In this document: positions 29,071-38,519 of the stretch, in pieces
How the letters are laid out: every line of letters begins with the position of its first letter
How positions within the stretch are numbered: the first letter of the stretch is position 1
DNA from: Candidatus Daviesbacteria bacterium
GTDB taxonomy: Bacteria > Patescibacteriota > Microgenomatia > Daviesbacterales > UBA10151
Direction: 5' to 3'
DNA length: 64,000 nucleotides
Assembly: GCA_016186955.1 (NCBI GenBank)
Contig: JACPKP010000002.1
Coordinates: 5,566-69,565, forward strand
Notes under the pieces: model-generated
What the model was told of the DNA's origin: nothing
Databases searched by the model: none
The model's input: only the letters and a program-made list of their open reading frames with translations
Program-made: the position numbers and the translations under genes

Positions 29071-29849
29071 ACCCCTAACTCTCCTTTGCTAAACTGTCTT
29101 ATTGTATATCTTTCAATCCTTCTTTTTGGCTCCAAAACCATGCTGCCAAACATCTGCTTAATAAGTTCCAAAATTTCTATTTTCTCAGGACTTTCTGAAG
29201 ATAAAACCGCTGTTTCATTTCTGGTTATTGCATCCTTTAAATCACCACTAAATCCTGTCAGCCCTCTGCCGACAGAAAAAAAGTGGCCGTCGCTGCTGCC
29301 TATTGCCGCTCCGAGTTGTTTGGGAAAATCCCTATAAAATTTTTGTGCAGATTTGTTTGCCCCGATAAAAATATTATCCAAAATCCCTGCATTAAAAATT
29401 TCAAACCCGTCAAAATAGACCATTGAATCCTGGCTGTTGGTTGCCCTTAAAATATCCTGCTTTGTTATTGACCGGGTTAGACGGTACATCGGATGGGGAG
29501 CAACAGCCAACCCATCCTGTTTGTGGATTTCTTTTATGGTCCATTCTAGATTTTTACCGCTTGGTATATCATTTTTAAGATACAATCCAACCAGATGGCC
29601 TTCTGATGTGGTAATTTCAGATCCTACTATTACCTCCAGGTCATATCCCATCCTGCGGCAGTAATTTTTTGCATAAATTGCAGGCCCGGTAACCTCGTGG
29701 TCTGTAATGGCTAAAACATTCAGGTTCAAATTACGCGCTGCCAGATCAATTACACTTTTAGGGTCCATCCTACCATCAGACCTACTGGTATGCATATGTA
29801 AATCTGCAAATTTTATATTAGGTAAAACTTTGCCAATAATCTCTCGCAT
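29067..29849 (-). CDS. PHP-domain metal-dependent phosphoesterase
   Basis: [12 protein letters not shown] and ITDHEV histidine motifs typical of the PHP family. Confidence 0.65.
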   Translation of the reverse strand: MREIIGKVLPNIKFADLHMHTSRSDGRMDPKSVIDLAARNLNLNVLAITDHEVTGPAIYAKNYCRRMGYDLEVIVGSEITTSEGHLVGLYLKNDIPSGKNLEWTIKEIHKQDGLAVAPHPMYRLTRSITKQDILRATNSQDSMVYFDGFEIFNAGILDNIFIGANKSAQKFYRDFPKQLGAAIGSSDGHFFSVGRGLTGFSGDLKDAITRNETAVLSSESPEKIEILELIKQMFGSMVLEPKRRIERYTIRQFSKGELGV

Positions 29850-30707
29850 TTAACCTCTCTTAATTCTTTGGACTTTGTCACTTTCGAAAAGTTTTTTCCG
29901 TTGTTTTTCGATTTCTCTAATGTGCTCTTCTACTGGCAGATTTTCTGGCATGGTTCCACCAATATCTTTAATAGCTTGTCTTACCTTTTTACCTACTACA
30001 AAATGAGTTTGATTAGCTTTATCTCCATTAGAAATTTGGTCCTTAACTAATTTTTCATCAGTTTGGGTAATTCTGAATAGGTTTGCAGCTAATTCTGTAG
30101 TACCAGCTCTATCTAAAATATCATCCTTACCGATACCCTTTTTATGCTGTATCTGTTTGTTCCTGAGTCCATATAAACCTAAGTAGCCTGCGTTATTAAA
30201 TTTTCCAAAATTAGTAACGCCTGATTTTTGTGCAGTCACAAACAATTTTTTGTTATTATCTCTAACTTCACCTCTGACAAATAGCCTCTTCTCGTTTCCA
30301 TTTAAAGATTCAAAAATTTCCTGGCGTCTAGCCTGGATTGCAAAATAAGTCTGAGCTCGGGCAATCGCTTCCTTAGCAGGATCCCCATTTTGTGCTATAA
30401 GATAACATGCATAACGCGATAGCTTATAATCCTCAATTGCCCTGATTACTTGTTTGGGGCTTCCCGCCGCGATATGTATCATTTTGTTGATATCAACAAA
30501 ATGATATTCTATTTTTTGTTTACTCTTATTACAGGCTTCTTGCGCTTTTAAAATAACCCCCTTAAAATTCCTCCATTCTGAATATTCCAGAAGCGGCATC
30601 AATGCCCGTGCTTCCCAGTACTCAAAACCATTTTCATCATTTTTTTTAATATCCTCAAAATTTTTATGGGGGGTGTTGATCATCATAAGTGAATCTTGCT
30701 TAGCCAT
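29850..30707 (-). CDS. dinD: DNA-damage-inducible protein D homologue
   Basis: Extended colinear similarity to E. coli DinD: WEARALMPLLEYSEWRNF, LSRYACYLIAQNGDPAKEAIARAQTYFAIQARRQE, GTTELAANLFRITQTDEKL, HFVVGKKVRQAIKDIGGTMPE. Confidence 0.8.
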   Translation of the reverse strand: MAKQDSLMMINTPHKNFEDIKKNDENGFEYWEARALMPLLEYSEWRNFKGVILKAQEACNKSKQKIEYHFVDINKMIHIAAGSPKQVIRAIEDYKLSRYACYLIAQNGDPAKEAIARAQTYFAIQARRQEIFESLNGNEKRLFVRGEVRDNNKKLFVTAQKSGVTNFGKFNNAGYLGLYGLRNKQIQHKKGIGKDDILDRAGTTELAANLFRITQTDEKLVKDQISNGDKANQTHFVVGKKVRQAIKDIGGTMPENLPVEEHIREIEKQRKKLFESDKVQRIKRG

Positions 30708-31296
30708 ATTTAGTTGCTTTTAACACAACATACCCTTCCTTGTTTGCTATTATCTCATGAGAGGAAAAATATTTTTCAAATAGTCGTTTGACAAATGGTT
30801 TCATTCTTGATTGTATAACCCAATAAACATGACCATTTTCCTTTAAATGATCCACACATGCTTTGGTTGCCTCCTCTAAATATTCATTACCTAAATGCTG
30901 CGCAGGATTTGATAGTATCAAATCATATTTTCTATGTGCTTCAGCGCTAAAATTGTCGCTTAAGCATACCTTAATATTTTCAAGCTTATTCAGCTTTGCA
31001 TTTTCTTTTGCTAAATTAATGACTCTTAAATTGACATCAAACAAGTGAGTAACTCCTTTTGTATTTAGTTTCGCAGCTACAAAACCAATTATTCCTGTTC
31101 CACAACCTAAATCAGCAACTGATGATCCATTATTAATTTCCATCATCTCAATCAGCAACCTGCTCCCTAAATCTAGACCATGTTTAGAAAACACACCTGG
31201 TTTGGTGCGGAATTTAATTTCAAATCCCCGTAAATTTGCTGTAACAAGACTGTCATTCCTGGCTTGACCAGGAATCCAGATATCAGATTTCTTCAT
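30700..31296 (-). CDS. Class I SAM-dependent methyltransferase (MTS/RsmC-like small-domain methyltransferase)
   Basis: VADLGCGTGIIG (motif I) and ILSNPAQH (NPPY-like motif IV). Confidence 0.7.
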   Translation of the reverse strand: MKKSDIWIPGQARNDSLVTANLRGFEIKFRTKPGVFSKHGLDLGSRLLIEMMEINNGSSVADLGCGTGIIGFVAAKLNTKGVTHLFDVNLRVINLAKENAKLNKLENIKVCLSDNFSAEAHRKYDLILSNPAQHLGNEYLEEATKACVDHLKENGHVYWVIQSRMKPFVKRLFEKYFSSHEIIANKEGYVVLKATKYG

Positions 31297-31561
31297 ATAA
31301 ATCTTTCCATTTTGGATTTTGTTTTTCTATTAACTCTAATTTCCAATTTCTCTTCCATTTTTTTAATTGTTTTTCCCTCAATATTGCTTGCCCCACATCT
31401 TCCGTTTGTTCAAAATATACTAATATATGAATCCCATATTTCTCTGTAAATCCCTTTACCAATTCATTTTTATGTTCCCATTACCCTTCTTTGTAAATCA
31501 TTTGTCACACCAATATACAAAGTCCCATTTCTTTGGCTAGCCAGGATGTAAATGTAATACA
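31296..31561 (-). pseudogene. GIY-YIG nuclease-family gene disrupted by a 1-nt frameshift
   Basis: The minus strand from the ATG at 31559-31561 reads MYYIYILASQRNGTLYIGVTNDLQRRVMGT*. The +1 frame continues HKNELVKGFTEKYGIHILVYFEQTEDVGQAILREKQLKKWKRNWKLELIEKQNPKW. A C-run at ~31477-31479 is the likely indel site. Confidence 0.55.
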
Positions 31562-31669
31562 TTTTTCTAGATCCCTGCTTTCGCAGGGATGACAGTTACA
31601 TTTTGCCTTAAAAGAACAAAAAACCCCGGTTGCCCGAGGCATGACTAGTTACGAGAAACTAGTTACCAG

Positions 31670-33649
31670 TTACTGGCTTTTTTCTTCCACTACTTCTCCC
31701 TCAACAGCCTCGTCCGTCGAAGCCTTGGCGGAGTCGGACTCATCCTTTTTCTTTGCTGTTTTTTCCGGCTCCTCTGACCCGCTGGCTTCTGAGTCTTTCT
31801 GAGCCTCTTCTGAATTTTGTGTTTCTTCCGACTTCTGACCTCCGGCATCTGACTTCTGATCTTGATACATTGCTGCCCCTACTTTTTGCAAAACCTCCCC
31901 CAACGCATCCGCTTTGGCTTTTACATCCTCAACAGTCCCGGTATCTTTTATGCTTTTTAGCTCTGAAACTTTTTGCTCAACATCGGTCCTTATATCCGCC
32001 GGAACTTTTTCTCCCGCATCTTTTAAGCTCTTTTCAGCAGTATAAATTAAAGTATCAGCCTGATTTCTAACCTCTATCTCTTTCTTTTTCTTTTTATCTT
32101 CCTCAGCATGAGCTTCGGCCTCTTTGGTCATCCTTTCCACTTCGGTTTTATCAAGCCCTGTTGAACCGGTGATGGTAATTTTTTGCTCTTTGCCGGTGGC
32201 TTTATCTTTGGCGGAGACATTCAAAATCCCGTTAGCGTCAATATCAAATGTCACCTCAACTTGAGGCACACCCCTGGGCGCTGGAGGAATACCATCTAAA
32301 ATAAACCTACCCAAAGATTTGTTATCTGCTGCCATCTGCCGCTCACCCTGCAAAACATTAATCTCAACTGAAGTCTGGTTGTCTGCAGCTGTTGAGAAAA
32401 CCTCGGATTTAGAAGTAGGAATGGTAGTATTCCTGTTAATAAGCGGGGTAGAAACACTGCCTAAAGTTTCAATGCCTAAAGTCAATGGTGTCACATCCAA
32501 AAGCAAAACATCCTTTACTTCTCCACCTAACACCCCTCCCTGGATTGCAGCGCCGATCGCCACCACCTCATCCGGATTTATACCTTTGTGGGGTTCCTTG
32601 CCAAAAAATTCAGTAACAGCTTTTTGCACAGCCGGCATTCTTGTCATACCGCCTACTAAAACCACCTCATCTACTTTGGATGTTTCGATCTTAGCGTCTT
32701 TGATAGCGTTTTTTACCGCGTCAAAGGATTTATTAATCAACTCTTGCACCAAAGATTCCAGCTTCGCCCTGGTTAACTTCATCTCCAGATGCTTCGGACC
32801 GGATGAGTCTGCAGTTACAAAAGGTATGGAGATATCAGTTTCCTGGGATGAGGACAGTTCAATCTTTGCTTTCTCAGCCGCGTCGCGGAGCCTTTGCAAA
32901 GCCTGCCTGTCGCCTTTTAAGTCTATCCCCTCTTTCTTTTTAAAATCATCCGCTAAAAAATCAATAATTTTCTGGTCAAAGTCATCACCACCCAAATGGG
33001 TATCGCCGTTGGTGGATTTAACCTCAAAAACCCCCTCGCCCAAATCCAAAATTGAGATATCAAAAGTCCCGCCGCCTAAATCATAAACTGCAATGGTATG
33101 GGCGCCGGCTTTATCCAGCCCATAAGCTAGCGCCGCAGCAGTGGGTTCATTAATAATTCTTTTAACATCCAACCCGGCAATCTCTCCTGCTTGTTTGGTC
33201 GCCTGGCGCTGGGCATCATCAAAATAAGCCGGGACAGTGATAACTGCATCTGTCACTTTTTCACCCAAATAACTCTCTGCATCAGCTTTAATTTTTCCTA
33301 AAATCATGGCAGAAATTTCCTGGGGAGTATATTCATGGCTCTCTACGTCCACCACAGCCATACCATTTTTACCTGATTTAATTTCATAAGGCAGCCACTC
33401 CATATCCCTTTTGACCTCAGGATCAGCAAACTTCCGCCCCATCAGCCTTTTTACAGAAAATATTGTCTCTTTAGGGTTAACCACAGCCTGCCTTTTTGCC
33501 ACTCTTCCCACAATATTTTTAACAGGGTTGACAACAGAGGGGATAATATTTTCCCCCTCAGCAGAGTGGATGACTTTGGGTTTTCCACCCTCCATCACCG
33601 CCACTGCGCTATTTGTTGTACCAAGATCTATACCAATTATTTTACTCAT
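31670..33649 (-). CDS. dnaK: Chaperone DnaK (Hsp70)
   Basis: [14 protein letters not shown] and [12 protein letters not shown], with an acidic C-terminus. The preferred start is the internal [10 protein letters not shown] rather than the longer track ORF. Confidence 0.95.
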   Translation of the reverse strand: MSKIIGIDLGTTNSAVAVMEGGKPKVIHSAEGENIIPSVVNPVKNIVGRVAKRQAVVNPKETIFSVKRLMGRKFADPEVKRDMEWLPYEIKSGKNGMAVVDVESHEYTPQEISAMILGKIKADAESYLGEKVTDAVITVPAYFDDAQRQATKQAGEIAGLDVKRIINEPTAAALAYGLDKAGAHTIAVYDLGGGTFDISILDLGEGVFEVKSTNGDTHLGGDDFDQKIIDFLADDFKKKEGIDLKGDRQALQRLRDAAEKAKIELSSSQETDISIPFVTADSSGPKHLEMKLTRAKLESLVQELINKSFDAVKNAIKDAKIETSKVDEVVLVGGMTRMPAVQKAVTEFFGKEPHKGINPDEVVAIGAAIQGGVLGGEVKDVLLLDVTPLTLGIETLGSVSTPLINRNTTIPTSKSEVFSTAADNQTSVEINVLQGERQMAADNKSLGRFILDGIPPAPRGVPQVEVTFDIDANGILNVSAKDKATGKEQKITITGSTGLDKTEVERMTKEAEAHAEEDKKKKKEIEVRNQADTLIYTAEKSLKDAGEKVPADIRTDVEQKVSELKSIKDTGTVEDVKAKADALGEVLQKVGAAMYQDQKSDAGGQKSEETQNSEEAQKDSEASGSEEPEKTAKKKDESDSAKASTDEAVEGEVVEEKSQ

Positions 33650-33650
33650 A

Positions 33651-33833
33651 TTATTTTTCCTCCTTTTCTGTTTCAGTATAAAGTTCCACTTTGCCACATT
33701 TAGGACATTTTAAGGCAATAATTTTTGTTCGCTCGTCACCTTCACCCATCCATGACATATTCGCAACTTCCTGGATTAATCTATCAACTAGCTTACCTTT
33801 CTCCATCTCACTTTGATCATTTGGACATTTCAT
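33651..33833 (-). CDS. Small zinc-ribbon protein between grpE and dnaK
   Basis: CPNDQSEM...CPKCGKVE is a CxxD...CxxC pair. 60 aa. Confidence 0.35.
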   Translation of the reverse strand: MKCPNDQSEMEKGKLVDRLIQEVANMSWMGEGDERTKIIALKCPKCGKVELYTETEKEEK

Positions 33834-33841
33834 TTTTTATT

Positions 33842-33917
33842 TTGTCATTGCGAGCGATTAGCGTGGCAATCTCGTTTAACAAGATCCTCACGTCGGATGC
33901 ACTCCTCAGGATGACAT
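33842..33917. repeat. GC-type palindromic element (GTCATTGCGAGCG family), intergenic copy
   Basis: tgtcattgcgagcgattagcgtggcaatctcg ... cgtcggatgcactcctcaggatgaca. The arms match elements inside uvrD and at 9595. Confidence 0.5.
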
Positions 33918-34409
33918 TTCCTTCCTCCCTACTACTACCTTAGCTGGCCTCAGCACTTTTCCATTTAAATTATAACCCTTTTCTGCAACTTCTAATATTT
34001 TATCATATTCCCCTTCACGCATATCTACAGCTTCATGTAAGCTTGGATCAAACCTTGTCCCGAGCGAAGTCGAGGGATCTATTTCAATTTCCTCCAAACC
34101 CTCATCCTTCAAAACCTGTTGGAACTGTTTAACCGCAAGCTCCATCCCTTTATACCATCCAGAGGCTTTTTCTTCTTCACTTGCCCCTTCCATAGCCTTC
34201 TCCAAATGGTCCAATACAGCCAAAAGCTTCCTGATTAACTCAGTTGTTGCCCAGTTTGTCAACTCAGATCTCCCCTCAGCCACTCTTTTTTCTAAATTCT
34301 GATAATCAGCCACTGCCCTTTTTAATTGATTCTGCAGATTATCAAAATCCTGCTTTAATTTTTCAAAGTCATCTTTGCTGACCATATTTTCATTTTTCTG
34401 TTTTTTCAT
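33906..34409 (-). CDS. grpE: Nucleotide exchange factor GrpE
   Basis: A coiled-coil N-region followed by VADYQNLEKRVAEGRSELTNWATTELIRKLLAVLDHLEKA. Confidence 0.85.
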   Translation of the reverse strand: MKKQKNENMVSKDDFEKLKQDFDNLQNQLKRAVADYQNLEKRVAEGRSELTNWATTELIRKLLAVLDHLEKAMEGASEEEKASGWYKGMELAVKQFQQVLKDEGLEEIEIDPSTSLGTRFDPSLHEAVDMREGEYDKILEVAEKGYNLNGKVLRPAKVVVGRKEMSS

Positions 34410-34528
34410 AGTTATAACTTAAATCGCAAAACGCAAATCTTAAATCTACATCTAAAATTTAAAAACTTTATAGATTTAATTTTTTAGTTGTAGTTTTGAC
34501 TTTTAACATTTGAGTTTTGAGATCGTTC

Positions 34529-35260
34529 CTACCAGGAACGTAATGCTTGCTCTACCAAATTACTGGTATACCTGACATAAGGCAGGACTACAGGAAAGTT
34601 CAGCCTGGCAGGGCCTATCACCCCCACCACCCCTTCTTTTCCATTCCTTGCCCCAAACTTACAAAACACAAAACTGGTTGGCGCTAAATCCGCATACCCC
34701 AGATCTTCCCCAAACAAGACGTGTAGCGGATCCTGCCCGACTGCCTGGCCTATTATCTGCTTTAAGGTTGGGTACTCATCAAAAAGCGACAGTACAAACC
34801 TGGCAACATCAATGTCTTCAAATTCAGGCCAATCTAAAATATTGGCTGCCCCGGCATAAAACATCTCTCCCTCATCATCAACTGCCAAAGCTAGGATCTG
34901 CAGACGGTGTGCCAAACCCCGGACAGCTTCTTTCAAAAGCCTATTTTCCTTAAACCGCTGCTGCCATAAATTTTCCTTGATGGAAACTTCAGCCGATACA
35001 GGCAGTTCCTTTTCCTTCATCAAATCAGAGATATAAACCCGAAAACCCATGGAAGTAGGAATCCTCCCCGCAGAAGTATGGGGCTGCTTCAAAAAACCCA
35101 TTGTAGTCAAATGCACCATCTCGTTGCGGATTGTAGCAGGGGAAACGCCTAAGCTTGCATGCTTTTCGATAAGTTCTGAACCAATCGGTTCGCCACCTTT
35201 AACATACAATTCAACAACAGCTTTAAGTAAATCTTTTTGCCTACTAGTCAAGTCTGTCAT
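34529..35260 (-). CDS. hrcA: Heat-inducible transcription repressor HrcA
   Basis: LTSRQKDLLKAVVELYVKGGEPIGSELI...ATIRNEMVHLTTMGFLKQPHTSAGRIPT matches the HrcA N-terminal wHTH. Sits upstream of grpE-dnaK. Confidence 0.85.
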   Translation of the reverse strand: MTDLTSRQKDLLKAVVELYVKGGEPIGSELIEKHASLGVSPATIRNEMVHLTTMGFLKQPHTSAGRIPTSMGFRVYISDLMKEKELPVSAEVSIKENLWQQRFKENRLLKEAVRGLAHRLQILALAVDDEGEMFYAGAANILDWPEFEDIDVARFVLSLFDEYPTLKQIIGQAVGQDPLHVLFGEDLGYADLAPTSFVFCKFGARNGKEGVVGVIGPARLNFPVVLPYVRYTSNLVEQALRSW

Positions 35261-35272
35261 AATTCTCTTTGG

Positions 35273-35299
35273 TTAGCAGTAAGATACCACGAGTGCTAA
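35273..35299. promoter_or_regulatory. CIRCE operator (HrcA binding site)
   Basis: TTAGCAGTA-N9-GAGTGCTAA versus the consensus TTAGCACTC-N9-GAGTGCTAA, immediately upstream of hrcA. Confidence 0.7.
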
Positions 35300-35302
35300 A
35301 AA

Positions 35303-36346
35303 ATGTCAAGACCCTTTTTGGGATATACTAAATTTGTGGCGCATACTTACAAGGAGTCCGGCATTGATTATGAGGCAATGGATAAGCTTAAAAACGCCGC
35401 TTTAAACTATTCAGGCAACCGTCAAAATTTAATTGAATTTCCCAATTTTTATTTAGTTGATATCCTGGAAGGTTTGGGCAGCTTAAACAAACTTGCAGAC
35501 ACTATCTACCAAAAAACCCAACAGGATTATTATTTTCAAGTTGGCTGGGGTAATGCTGCCTCGGTTTTAAATGATTTGGCAGTCACCGGTGCAACACCGT
35601 TAACAATCAAATTGTTCATCGCTGCAGGCCATGCCAATTGGTTTAAAAATCAAGATTGCTGGCAGAACTTAATAGCAGGATTTGGTGAAGCTGCAAAATT
35701 TGCATCCTGCAGCTGGAATGGTGGTGAGACACAAACTCTTCCCGGTTTAATCCAGGAGGATTCTTTTATACTGGCAGGTTCCGCAACAGGCATTATTAAA
35801 CCCAAACGCCAAATCCTGGAAGAGAAAAAAATCAGGCCCGGCGATAGGATAATTTTATGTGAAAGCTCCGGCATCCATACCAACGGGATAACATTTATCA
35901 GGAAAAATTTCCCGGATGACCTGGAGGTCTATACTGAAGCGGTTAAAAATAAAACCCTCATTTATCTCCCCTTCATTAATAAATTGCTCGCTGATAAAGT
36001 TGACATCCATTATGTTTCCCATATTACCGGCCACGGATGGAGAAAATTGATGAGGCCGAAGAGACCGTTTACTTATGTTTTAGAAGATATCCCCAAACCG
36101 CAGCTGATTTTCCAAAAAATCCGGGAAAAAAGCGCTATGGATGATAGACAGATGTATGCGGATTTTAACATGGGTGCGGGATTGGCGATCTATGCACCTT
36201 CCTCCTCGGTTGATAGGATTTTGAAAATTGCACAGAGCCAATCGGTTGCGGCTTTTGATGCAGGTTTTGTGGAGAAAGGTCCCAGAAAAGTCATCATAAA
36301 ACCAATTCATGTTGAATTTGATGGTGCAGATCTTAATATAAGATGA
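35303..36346 (+). CDS. AIR-synthase-related (PurM-like) protein
   Basis: Colinear similarity to PurM: DILEGLGSL, GGETQTLPG, VSHITGHGW and YADFNMGAGLAI are PurM-like. 347 aa. Confidence 0.6.
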   Translation: MSRPFLGYTKFVAHTYKESGIDYEAMDKLKNAALNYSGNRQNLIEFPNFYLVDILEGLGSLNKLADTIYQKTQQDYYFQVGWGNAASVLNDLAVTGATPLTIKLFIAAGHANWFKNQDCWQNLIAGFGEAAKFASCSWNGGETQTLPGLIQEDSFILAGSATGIIKPKRQILEEKKIRPGDRIILCESSGIHTNGITFIRKNFPDDLEVYTEAVKNKTLIYLPFINKLLADKVDIHYVSHITGHGWRKLMRPKRPFTYVLEDIPKPQLIFQKIREKSAMDDRQMYADFNMGAGLAIYAPSSSVDRILKIAQSQSVAAFDAGFVEKGPRKVIIKPIHVEFDGADLNIR

Positions 36347-36354
36347 CCCCTAAG

Positions 36355-36918
36355 TTAAATCATACCCAAAACAGATTCTGCAACATCCGGCAGATGAGTA
36401 CAGCTTTCTTCATTATCAATTGGTCCTGAAAAATGCCCCATGTTGTGTTTAATAATTACCTTTGCACCAAGTTTTTGTTTAAACTCTTCTGCATATTTTA
36501 AATCAACATACGGGTCATTGTCAGAATTTATTGCCACAAAATAGCGGGCTTTATTTTTTATTTTTTCAAAATTGACAGGAGCGGTAAAAAAATTTTTAAC
36601 CTCCGGAAATCCCAAGTCATCTGTAAATCCCGCGACAAGGACTGCTCCGTCAATTTTTTCGTTATCTTTCAATTGCTCCAAAAACCTAAGGATTGTTATA
36701 CATCCCAAACTGTGTCCGATAAGAAAAAGGCTACCATCAGTTTTGCCGGTCACATCTTTTAGTTTAGTCAGCCATAAAGATTGTTTAGGAAAATCAGTTT
36801 CAGGCATTTCGGGGACTGAAACCTCAAACCCTTTTTCTTCAAGCTCTTGTTTGGTTTTGGGGTACCAGCAATAGTCAGGATCCCCTCCCCAGCAATGGAC
36901 AATTACAACTTTTTTCAT
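36355..36918 (-). CDS. Alpha/beta serine hydrolase (YdeN/RBBP9-like)
   Basis: GHSLGC nucleophile elbow (GxSxG). 187 aa. Confidence 0.65.
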   Translation of the reverse strand: MKKVVIVHCWGGDPDYCWYPKTKQELEEKGFEVSVPEMPETDFPKQSLWLTKLKDVTGKTDGSLFLIGHSLGCITILRFLEQLKDNEKIDGAVLVAGFTDDLGFPEVKNFFTAPVNFEKIKNKARYFVAINSDNDPYVDLKYAEEFKQKLGAKVIIKHNMGHFSGPIDNEESCTHLPDVAESVLGMI

Positions 36919-36962
36919 AATCCAATTCTACACCATAAACTGTTTTAGGATATAATCTCTCT

Positions 36963-37334
36963 ATGAATTTTGAAAAACTTTTGAAAAAATTAAAAGCTTT
37001 AAACTTGCCCAGAGATGAATTTGTGGTTGTGTCTTCGGGATCTATGGCAGTACGCGGAATAAGGGATGCCAGGGATCTGGATATATTAGTCACAGATAAA
37101 CTTTGGAGCTCTCTGTCTGAAAAATATCCTATCAAAAACGAGAACGGAATTGACAAAATTGAGGTTCATAGTAAGGATATCGAAATTTTAGGCGCTGGTT
37201 CAATATTTAGAGATTCTTCCATTGCTTCTTTAGAAGAAATTTTCAGATCCGCGGATATATTCGATGGTATCCGCTATATAAATTTGGAGCTTTTAAAAAA
37301 ATTCAAACAAAAATGGGCAGGGAAAAAGATTTGA
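36963..37334 (+). CDS. Minimal nucleotidyltransferase-fold protein
   Basis: VVSSGSMAVRGIRDARDLDILV fits the NTase hG[GS]x9-13DhD motif. Confidence 0.4.
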   Translation: MNFEKLLKKLKALNLPRDEFVVVSSGSMAVRGIRDARDLDILVTDKLWSSLSEKYPIKNENGIDKIEVHSKDIEILGAGSIFRDSSIASLEEIFRSADIFDGIRYINLELLKKFKQKWAGKKI

Positions 37335-37386
37335 GGGATATAGAATTAATTGATAAATATTTGTTAGAAAATAATGAGGGCTAACC

Positions 37387-37968
37387 ATGGATATAGCCCA
37401 GTTAATTTCAGAGGGAACTTTTAACAGGCCTTACAGAAAATACACTCTTAAATCTTCGCTTAACCCGGCAATAGCGTTTGCGATGAACCATCTTGGGGGT
37501 CTTGATGACAAAGATCGTATTTTAGATCCCTGTTGTGGATCAGCGACAATCTTGATTGAACGCCAATTATTAAAACCAGCATCTTGCATTGGTGTGGATA
37601 TTGATTCACAGGCATTGGATTGCGCCAAAGAAAATATTCAAACCGCAAAACTCACTATTCAATTAAAACACGGTAACATTCAAGACCAAAAATTTCCTGA
37701 CGGTTATTTCACAAAAATTATTTCCAACTTGCCTTATGGAATCCATTCGGGTTCCAGGGAGAAAAACATCGAACTGTATAGATTCTTAGCACAAATCTGT
37801 GAAAAATGGCTTAAACAGGACGGTAAAGCAATTTTGCTTACTACCTCTAAGAAGATTTTATGGAATGCTTTTGCAGATAAAAAATCAATGCAATTTATAG
37901 ATGAAATTCAAATCCCCTACGATAAACTGAACCGCTCAATATTTATCTACCAAAAAATTAACTCTTAA
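37387..37968 (+). CDS. UPF0020/RlmL-type N6-adenine or N2-guanine RNA methyltransferase
   Basis: ILDPCCGSATILIE (motif I) and ISNLPYG (NPPY-type catalytic motif). Confidence 0.65.
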   Translation: MDIAQLISEGTFNRPYRKYTLKSSLNPAIAFAMNHLGGLDDKDRILDPCCGSATILIERQLLKPASCIGVDIDSQALDCAKENIQTAKLTIQLKHGNIQDQKFPDGYFTKIISNLPYGIHSGSREKNIELYRFLAQICEKWLKQDGKAILLTTSKKILWNAFADKKSMQFIDEIQIPYDKLNRSIFIYQKINS

Positions 37969-38005
37969 GGATCGTTAGAAATATCCCCAGGAAGATTTCA
38001 ATAGT

Positions 38006-38380
38006 TTATGCCATGTAGCAGCATTTTCTTACTAAAAGCAGTTGCGGCTTAATTTTCATAATAAACTGATGGGGAAGTCTTTGCTCTATTGCAATATCAT
38101 GTTCATCCCTAGACCCTAAAGATTTTCTCCATCTTGGGGTAAACGATAGATCGCTTATATTTCCGCTTTGCAAAATTCCCCTCCAAAATTCTATAAAAAC
38201 AAAGTCTATCTCTGGTTTGGGTAATTTAAATTCTGTTAACCTTTCATAAACATCCGTCGTAAATATATCTGCTGCTGAAAAGAAAGCTGCACCAGGATAT
38301 CTTTGGCCCATAAGTAAAGTATATCCCTGCAATTTTGCCATGTTTTGGGGGATCTTATCTAAACCATCTGAACTTACCAT
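38006..38380 (-). CDS. Hypothetical protein (possibly N-terminally frameshifted)
   Basis: 124-aa ORF. A protein-like 50-codon ORF (MNELISRAIVNAQTLSEIRSS...) lies just upstream in another frame. Confidence 0.3.
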   Translation of the reverse strand: MVSSDGLDKIPQNMAKLQGYTLLMGQRYPGAAFFSAADIFTTDVYERLTEFKLPKPEIDFVFIEFWRGILQSGNISDLSFTPRWRKSLGSRDEHDIAIEQRLPHQFIMKIKPQLLLVRKCCYMA

Positions 38381-38519
38381 CCCGGAAATAAATCCAATCC
38401 TTGCTTTGCCGTTTGCTTTTATATTTGAGGTAAGCCCTAATAGAGCTTCTTATCTCAGACAATGTCTGAGCATTTACAATAGCCCGGGATATCAACTCAT
38501 TCATGGAGGTATTATAGCA

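Noticed and set aside
32319-33086. 255-aa plus-strand ORF antisense to dnaK
   Set aside because: Shadow ORF inside dnaK.
33650-33697. N-terminal 16-aa extension of dnaK ([16 protein letters not shown]) in the track ORF
   Set aside because: The conserved Hsp70 N-terminus begins at the internal [10 protein letters not shown], so the extension is probably untranslated.
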